A stretch of 5,223 bases of DNA from Octopus sinensis (Eukaryota): the NCBI RefSeq assembly GCF_006345805.1, contig NW_021830100.1, forward strand, positions 1-5,223, written 5' to 3'. The notes below the pieces were generated by a model that saw only the letters and a program-made list of their open reading frames with translations, was not told the DNA's origin and did not search any database. The translations under genes and the position numbers were made by a program. Shown here piece by piece: positions 1 to 5,223 of this stretch (position 1 is its first letter; each line of letters starts with the position of its first letter).

Positions 1-158
1 TATATATTATAATATAAACATACACATACATATTTAGAAACTATATATATATAAATACATGCATATATATAGGGCTTCGAATGTCCCGTCCGTGTTTTTT
101 GTGTCGTCTTCTAAATGTTTCAGGTTCTTGTCCCAGTTTGTATATTTTTTTTACTTTT

Positions 159-346
159 ACACACACACACACCACACACACCACACACACCACACACACC
201 ACACACACACAACCACAACACCATATATATTATATATATATATATATATATGCATGCATACATATATATGTGTGTATATATATGTTTATATATACACCAC
301 CATATATATGTATGTGTGTGTGTGTGTGTGTGTTTGTGTGTGTGTA
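159..346. repeat. Compound microsatellite: (CA)n / (ACCACACAC)4 / (TA)n / (TG)n
   Basis: (AC)n from 159, four exact 9-mers ACCACACAC at 171-206, TA-rich tracts at ~223-310 and (TG)n at ~313-346. The TA/CA-rich stretch at 1-70 is similar. Confidence 0.95.
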
Positions 347-429
347 CATGTATGTTTTCACAATACACTGTTGCCCACATGCTTTTCCACCAAGGAAGTT
401 TATTCAAACTGGTGGGGTTTGCTTTCGTA

Positions 430-496
430 AGAAAAAAAAAAAAAACAGGAAAGAAAATAGAATAAAACAAAATAAAATAAGATAAATAGATAAAAC
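430..496 (+). repeat. A15 run and A-rich low-complexity tract
   Basis: A15 at 432-446, followed by GAAAATAGAATAAAACAAAATAAAATAAGATAAATAGATAAAA. Confidence 0.85.
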
Positions 497-656
497 CCAA
501 CATCTGTTGTGCAATAGAATTCTCCTACCACATAGCCAGGTCTCCTCTCCGACCAACAATCAAAATCTGTTTATAGTTAGAAAATGGTGACAAATATCTT
601 CGTATTTTTAATTACTTATTCTAAATGAGGTTAGAACATTCTCGTGTCATTAGTAT

Positions 657-1039
657 GGAGGCACTCCGTCGGTTACGACGACGAGGGTTCCAGTTGATCC
701 GAATCAACGGAACAGCCTGCTCGTGAAATTAACGTGTAAGTGGCTGAGCACTCCACAGACACGCGTACCCTTAACGTAATTCTCGGGGATATTCAGCGTG
801 ACACAGAGAGTGACAAGGCCGGCCCCTTTGAAATACAGGTACAACAGAAACAGGAAGTAAGAGTGAGAGAAAGTTGTGGTGAAAGAGTACAGCAGGGATC
901 ACCACCATCTCTGCCGGAGCCCCGTGGAGCTTTAGGTGTTTTCGCTCAATAAACACTCACAACGCCCATCTGGGAATCGAAACCGAGATCCTGTGACCGC
1001 GAGTCCGCTGCCCTAACCACTGGGCCATTGCGCCTCCAC
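657..1039 (-). mobile_element. Full-length tRNA-derived SINE (family i), 383 bp, with 10-bp TSD
   Basis: The minus strand starts GTGGAGGCGCAATGGCCCAGTGGTTAGGGCAGCGGACTCGCGG. A box TGGCCCAGTGG is at 1017-1027 and B box GGTTTCGATTCCC at 972-984. A perfect direct repeat TCATTAGTAT flanks it at 647-656 and 1040-1049. Confidence 0.9.
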
Positions 1040-1157
1040 TCATTAGTATAACACCGTATTTGATGGTATAAAAAATGCTTAGTCTTATTAGTCGCACCAT
1101 ATTTTTAGCAGCGCACATTTCAGGACAAATAATTTTTGGTACATTTAAAGCCTGTGA

Positions 1158-1604
1158 GACGGCGACTTCATGGGGGAAACGTTAACTCACCGGACAACAT
1201 GCTCAACGGCATTTCGTCCGTCTTTGTGTTCTGAGTTCAAATTATGTCGAGGCTGACTTTGCTTTTCAACCTTTCGGGGATGACAGAATAAATACCTATT
1301 TCTTTACTACCCACAAGGGGCTAAACACAGAGAGGACAAACAAGGACAGACAAACGGATTAAGTCGATTACATCGACCCCAGTGCGTAACTGGTACTTAA
1401 TTTATCGACCCCGAAAGGATGAAAGGCAAAGTCGACCTCGGCGGAATTTGAACTCAGAACGTAGCGGCAGACGAAATACCGCTAAGCATTTCGCCCGGCA
1501 TGCTAACAGTTCTGCCCGCTCGCCGCCGACAGAATAAATACCAGTTGACCACTGGGGCTCTACCTCGAAATTGCTGGGCTTGTGCTAAAATTTGGAAGTA
1601 ATAT
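1158..1604 (+). mobile_element. Old, diverged family-(ii) SINE, split by an antisense insertion (host parts 1158-1296 and 1543-~1604)
   Basis: The degenerate head GACGGCGAC...GAAACGTTA, B box GAGTTCAAAT (~1233-1243) and core GAGGCTGACTTTGCTTTTCAACCTTTCGGGG align to the young copy at 1618. The element resumes at 1543 with AGTTGACCACTGGGG and a CTTGTGCTAAAATTT tail. The right boundary is approximate. Confidence 0.8.
1297..1527 (-). mobile_element. Young full-length family-(ii) tRNA-derived SINE (Meta/MESC-like core), 231 bp, with 15-bp TSD
   Basis: The minus strand runs GGCGGCGAGCGGGCAGAA...GAGTTCAAATTCC (B box)...GCCTTTCATCCTTTCGGGGTCGATAAATTAAGTACCAG...GTGGGTAGTAAAGAAATA. A perfect TSD GACAGAATAAATACC is at 1282-1296 and 1528-1542. 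The Meta/MESC assignment is from recalled similarity and is unverified. Confidence 0.9.
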
Positions 1605-1617
1605 TACCTTACGTGAA

Positions 1618-1848
1618 GGCGGTGAGCTGGCAGAAACGTTAGCACGCTGGACGAAATGCTTAGCGGTATTTCGTCTGCCGTTACGTTCTGAGTTCAAATT
1701 CCGCCGAGGTCGACTTTGCCTTTCATCCTTTCGGGGTCAATTAAATAAGTACCAGTTACGCACTGGGGTCGATATAATCGACTTAATCCGTTTGTCTCTC
1801 CTTGTTTGTGCTCTCTGTGTTTAGCCCCTTGTGGGTAGTACAAAAATA
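1618..1848 (+). mobile_element. Young full-length family-(ii) SINE, 231 bp
   Basis: A-box-like TGGCAGAAACG, B box GAGTTCAAATTCC, and the same core and tail as 1297-1527. About 16 mismatches in 231 nt versus that copy's reverse complement, by manual count. Confidence 0.9.
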
Positions 1849-1918
1849 GGTATTTCGTCTACCTTTACGTTCAGTTGAAATTTCGCCGAGATCGACTTTG
1901 GGTCGATAAAATAAGTAC
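1849..1918 (+). mobile_element. Decayed headless family-(ii) body in tandem behind the 1618-1848 copy
   Basis: It restarts at GGTATTTCGTCT, then GTTGAAATTTCGCCGAGATCGACTTTG, a deletion, and GGTCGATAAAATAAGTAC. Confidence 0.8.
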
Positions 1919-2650
1919 GGCCTTGAAGGGTTTTTACTCAAATGAATCGACCCCAGTACTCATATTTTTAAAGCATGTCACTTATTCTATCGGATCCTTT
2001 TGTCGAACCGCTAGTTTTCGGGGACGTAAACACACCAGCGTCGGTTGTCAAGCAGTTGTGGGGAACAAAGATAGACACAAAAACTCACATATTCTTTCAG
2101 TTTCCTAATTCTTTATTTCCCACATGGGGCTAAACATAGAGGGGACAAACAAGGACAAACAAAAGGATTGAGTTGATAACATCGACCCCAGTGCGTAACT
2201 GGTACTTAATTTATCGACCCCCAAAGGATGAAAGGCAAAGTCGACCTCGGCGGAATTTGAACTCAGAACGTAAAGACAGACGAAATACCTATTTCTTTAC
2301 TACCCACAAGGGGCTAAACACAGAGGGGACAAACAAGGACAGACAAAGGGATTAAGTCGATTATATCGACCACAGTGCGTAACTGGTACTTATTTAATCG
2401 ACCCCGAAAGGATGAAAGGCAAAGTCGACCTCGGCGGAATTTGAACTCAGAACGTAAAGATAGACGAAATACCGCAAAGCATTTCGTCTGGCGTGCTAAC
2501 GTTTTTGTCAGCTCGTCGTCTTTTCAGTTTCCGCCCACCAAATTCGCCCACAAGGCTTTGGTCGGCTCGAGGCTATAGCAGATAACATGCAGTGAGACCG
2601 AACCTGGAACCATGCGGTTGGAAAGCAAACTTCTTACCACAGTGCCGTAC
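1919..2650 (-). mobile_element. Diverged CORE-type SINE (family iii), split by a family-(ii) dimer (host parts 1919-2105 and 2533-2650)
   Basis: 1919-2105 matches the 3' half seen at 4113-4326 and 2786-2905 (GAACCGCTA, GACGTAAACACACCAGC, CGGTTGTCAAG). 2533-2650 matches the head half at 3149-3256 (GGCTATAG...GGAACCATGCGGTTGG...CTTACCAC). The duplicated 11-mer TTTCAGTTTCC is at 2095-2105 and 2522-2532. Confidence 0.8.
2106..2520 (-). mobile_element. Family-(ii) SINE dimer: one head plus two body+tail units, period 184 bp
   Basis: The head is at 2474-2520. Units are 2290-2473 and 2106-2289, with AAATACC at 2283-2289 and 2467-2473. The whole dimer is bounded by the TTTCAGTTTCC TSD. Confidence 0.9.
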
Positions 2651-2785
2651 TTGACCCAACAAAATGTTGCGTCGAGCTCAACGAGCCTTGACAATAATTT
2701 GAAACCTCCCCGCATATTAGAAATATCGATGTTTTCAATTTCTAAAATTTCTATTAACTTTCATAAACTTGGTTAACATTGCTTA

Positions 2786-2905
2786 TACGGGGACGTAAAC
2801 ACACCAGCATCGGTTGTCAAGCGATGTTGGGGGACAAACAAACACACACACACACACACATATATACGACGGGCGTCTTTCAGTTTCCGTCTATCAAATC
2901 CACTC
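2786..2905 (-). mobile_element. Internal fragment of CORE-type SINE with its (CA)n/(TA)n linker
   Basis: TACGGGGACGTAAACACACCAGCATCGGTTGTCAAGCGATGTTGGGGGACAAAC-(CA)n-TATATACGACGGG...CAGTTTCCGTCTATCAAATCCACTC, homologous to the other family-(iii) copies. Confidence 0.85.
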
Positions 2906-2966
2906 TGAAATTTTAATAAACCGAAGAAAAACCAAGATGTCGTAGAGTTAGTATACAAAGAGTGAA

Positions 2967-3037
2967 GGGTGGGGGGGGGGGGGAAGAGGACTTTAAGTAA
3001 GGGAGGAGGAGGAGGAGGAGGAGGAAGAGGGTAGGGG
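2967..3037 (+). repeat. Polypurine/G-rich tract: GGG-T-G13 ... (GGA)8 ... GGG-TA-GGGG
   Basis: G13 at 2971-2983, (GGA)8 at 3002-3025, and G-runs at 3029-3031 and 3034-3037. Confidence 0.9.
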
Positions 3038-3148
3038 TAGATTTGTTCTCTTTTGTGTTTTTTGGAAAATGTAATAATGGTTTATGGTGGAAAGGGGACA
3101 AACAATTAAAGGGGCCTGCCCCACGAGGTAAGGCTAGACGAGTCTAGA

Positions 3149-3256
3149 CCGGGGCTATAGTAGAAGACACTTGCCCAAGGTGCCACGCAGTGGGACTGAA
3201 CCCGTAACCATGTGGTTCATAAGCAAGCTACTTACCACACAGCCACTCCTGCGCCT
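3149..3256 (-). mobile_element. 5' part of CORE-type SINE (tRNA head plus CORE start)
   Basis: The minus strand starts AGGCGCAGGAGTGGCTGTGTGGTAAG. A box is at 3235-3245 and B box GGGTTCAGTCCC at 3192-3203. CCTTGGGCAAGT (3169-3180) is the hallmark start of the CORE domain known from MIR-type SINEs. Confidence 0.88.
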
Positions 3257-3616
3257 GGACAAGGATTCTGGATTATTTACTCAAGAACCTCTTCATATGT
3301 TTTGGGATATTTAAAGTCGCATCATTGGTCTATTCGATAAATACGGAATAGAGTTAACCGAGGGAAAAACCAGGTAGTGCTGAGATAAATCCTGTTTCTA
3401 AATATCGACCGAATTGGCAACTTGTGTCGTCAGCCAGTTTTAACAATCGAGATGATGACACTTACACGATGCAACATCGCAAGTTCAACATGGTTTTTAT
3501 TTATTACCTTCCATCTTGAACACTTGACATACGATCAAGACGAAAGGAATAAAATGTCGTTTTGGATTTATTTATCTTTGCGTTGAGTTAAAAATAATTC
3601 CAGAGAACTCATGTTT

Positions 3617-3658
3617 GGAACCATGTGGTTGGTAAGCAAGCTACTTACCACACAGCCA
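3617..3658 (-). mobile_element. Isolated 42-bp fragment of the CORE-SINE tRNA head
   Basis: GGAACCATGTGGTTGGTAAGCAAGCTACTTACCACACAGCCA, near-identical to the heads at ~3204-3245 and ~4641-4682. Confidence 0.85.
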
Positions 3659-3711
3659 AAGTCACCACGAATGTTGACATTCCGATATCAACGTTTACAG
3701 CTCTATACGGA

Positions 3712-3806
3712 ACAGCATCAACACCAATAACAACATTCACCACCACCACCACCACCATTACAGCCGTCACCGCTGCAACAATAAATACCACAACAACAAC
3801 AACAGC
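3712..3806. repeat. Degenerate (ACC)n/(ACA)n trinucleotide low-complexity region
   Basis: CACCACCACCACCACCACC near 3738-3756 and ACAACAACAACAAC near 3791-3804. Confidence 0.85.
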
Positions 3807-3898
3807 TATGAAAACAAACGGAAGATGGCACGAATAAAAACTACCGATGGATTTGTTTTCTCTTAGTTTCTATGAACAGTTTCTTTTCATCCAACTTC

Positions 3899-3913
3899 AC
3901 ACACGCACACGCA

Positions 3914-3967
<54 letters not shown>

Positions 3968-3980
3968 TACTCTCTCTCTC
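3899..3980. repeat. (CA/CG) followed by (TC)n microsatellite
   Basis: ACACGCACACGCACAC, then uninterrupted (TC)n at ~3917-3960, degenerate to 3980. Confidence 0.95.
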
Positions 3981-4112
3981 TAACAAATTTCTGGTAAGTT
4001 AACAGAGAACCTCTGGGTAGACTCCCACCCCGCATAAACATACTGGTATCTATAAACAGAAGCAAATTTTTGGAGAAAAACAAAATGAGAAATCAACAAA
4101 CTTATTTAGACA

Positions 4113-4323
4113 TCTTTTATCGTTTACTTGTTTCAGTTACGAGACTGCGGCCATGCCGGAGCACCGCCTTGAAACGATTTTAGTTGAATGAATTTTTAGT
4201 TGTTAAGTCTGGTACTTATTTTTTTGGTCAATTTTCGCCGAATCGCTAAGTTACGGGAACGTGGACACAGTAACACCGGTTGTCAAGGGTGGTGGTGTGG
4301 ACAAAGGTACATACAAACACACA

Positions 4324-4385
<62 letters not shown>

Positions 4386-4698
4386 TTCTGTGTCCCTTTT
4401 GTAGAAGAGTGTAGGCTCGAAACGTAAAAGACTTTTTCTATTCCTGAGCGTTATACTAATACGTGTTTGTTTTGTACACCACCTGTCTTCGTCTTTTGTT
4501 TTTTTCGTAAACTCTCCCTATATATATATACCACGGACTTCTTTCAGTTTCCGTTTAAAAGAATTTCACTTACAAGACTGCTCGGTCCGAGACTATAGTA
4601 GAAGACACTTGCCAAGGTGGCACGCATCGAGACTGAACCTGGAACCATGTGGTTGGGAAGCAAGCCTCTTACCACACAGCCACGCCTGCGCTGCGCCT
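4113..4698 (-). mobile_element. Near full-length CORE-type SINE (family iii), interrupted in its internal microsatellite
   Basis: The head is at 4531-4698 (tRNA-like region, ACTTGCCAAGG CORE start, CTTTCAGTTTCC). The 3' half is at 4113-4326 (TTACTTGTTTCAG...GACTGCGGCCATGCCGGAGCACCGCC...CGCTAAGTTACGGG...CGGTTGTCAAG). (TA)n at 4327-4385 and 4519-4530 links the parts. Confidence 0.85.
4386..4518 (+). mobile_element. Probable Penelope-like retroelement 3'/pLTR fragment inserted in (TA)n, with hammerhead-like motif
   Basis: A 133-bp non-SINE island is flanked on both sides by (TA)n. It contains GAAGAGT-GTAG-GCTCGAAACGTA, the GA..stem II..GAAACGT architecture of minimal PLE hammerheads. The family assignment is inferred. 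Confidence 0.55.
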
Positions 4699-4772
4699 AT
4701 ATGTACACACACAAATACATATACATATATAGACATACACAAATATAGACACATGTGTGAACAAATATATAC
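4699..4772. repeat. Degenerate TA/CA low-complexity tract
   Basis: ATATGTACACACACAAATACATATACATATATAGACATACAC... Confidence 0.8.
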
Positions 4773-4893
4773 ATCAACAACTTCTTAATACAGAGTATGC
4801 AGTCTCTTTTGAGCACGTTGCGTACTCAAGTACAGCAGGTTTTGTACTCTACTCTATAACAAATTGTCTACTTGTGTACATCAGGTTGTATAA

Positions 4894-5070
4894 TTCTTTT
4901 CTACTCTAGGCTTTGTGCCAGAGTAGAAAAGAAATTTTGGGGGAGGGGGCCAGTCGATTACATCAACCTCAGTACGCAACTGGTACTTAATTTATCGAAT
5001 CCGAAAGGATGAAAGGCAATGTCGACCTCGGCGGAATTTGAACTCAGAACGTAACGGCAGGTAAAATACC
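4894..5070 (-). mobile_element. Headless family-(ii) body with a different (B-type, GGGGGAGGGGG/CTACTCTAGG) tail
   Basis: The core GGTACTTAATTTATCG...GAAAGGATGAAAGGC...GGAATTTGAACTC ends at AAATACC (5064-5070). The tail differs from the A-type and resembles the 1560-1600 tail. Confidence 0.85.
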
Positions 5071-5223
5071 TATTTCTATTTCTTTACTACCCACAAGGGG
5101 CTAAACACAGAGGGGACAAACAAGGACAGACAAACGGATTAAGTCGATTACATCAATCCCAGTGCGTAACTGGTACTTATTTAATCGACCCCGAAAGGAT
5201 GAAAGGCAAAGTCGACCTCGGCA
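5071..5223 (-). mobile_element. Young A-type family-(ii) unit in tandem, truncated by the window edge
   Basis: TATTTCTATTTCTTTACTACCCACAAGGGGCTAAACACAGAGGGGACAAAC...GTCGACCTCGGC, near-identical to 1297-1443 and 2290-2434. Confidence 0.9.

Noticed and set aside
432-446. A15 as a retrocopy poly-A tail
   Set aside because: No upstream AATAAA, recognisable element or TSD was found.
59-503. Four overlapping ORFs of 116-134 aa
   Set aside because: They translate CA/TA/TG microsatellites and poly-A (HT, YI, CV, K runs) and show no domain-like sequence.
740-956. ORFs 740-952 (+) and 771-956 (-)
   Set aside because: Both lie wholly inside a TSD-bounded tRNA-derived SINE.
960-1039. Genuine tRNA genes at the SINE heads (also 3185-3256 and 4625-4698)
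   Set aside because: A/B boxes are present, but I could not fold a convincing acceptor stem and each continues directly into a SINE body.
2106-2520. CRISPR-like or satellite array
   Set aside because: The period is 184 bp with no unique spacers, there are no cas genes, and the context is eukaryotic SINE.
2474-2520. G-to-A bias in this SINE head (deaminase-like hypermutation)
   Set aside because: Only about five changes, one of them at a CpG, and the GAC start also occurs in the old copy at 1158. Subfamily variation explains it.
1582-2715. ORFs including the duplicated peptide RNWYL...RQSRPRRNLNSERKDRRN
   Set aside because: The peptide repeat is just the translation of tandem SINE units, and the other ORFs cross element junctions.
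2717-2745. 8-bp inverted repeat TTAGAAAT/ATTTCTAA, and a similar small hairpin at 4809-4829
   Set aside because: Short and AT-rich or imperfect, so within chance expectation.
2773-3101. Minus-strand ORFs 2773-2958 and 2913-3101
   Set aside because: They are built from SINE, (TG)n, poly-C and (TCC)n translations.
3625-3837. 70-aa Thr-rich ORF (mucin-like)
   Set aside because: The start lies in a SINE fragment, the Thr runs come from ACC/ACA repeats, and there is no splice support.
3993-3999. Consensus splice donor G|GTAAGT after a (TC)n tract
   Set aside because: There is no AG acceptor between the pyrimidine tract and the donor, so no exon can be delimited. A single 7-mer is expected by chance.

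Overview
Non-coding, repeat-dense eukaryotic DNA. It is most likely octopus/cephalopod, inferred from the SINE families and the (TA)/(CA)/(TG) compound microsatellites; this was not confirmed by a database search. No credible protein-coding gene is present: the ORF track translates microsatellites and SINEs. Roughly 55-60% of the window is tRNA-derived SINE sequence from three families. (i) One full-length 383-bp SINE with a 10-bp TSD. (ii) A ~231-bp SINE with a Meta/MESC-like core, present as nested, inverted and tandem copies. (iii) A long CORE-type SINE with an internal microsatellite. A 133-bp Penelope-like fragment with a degenerate hammerhead-like motif sits inside one CORE SINE. The most striking pattern is that four young family-(ii) tails end at the identical heptamer AAATACC/GGTATTT inside older copies of their own family. 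This suggests sequence-directed self-insertion that builds 184-bp tandem units.
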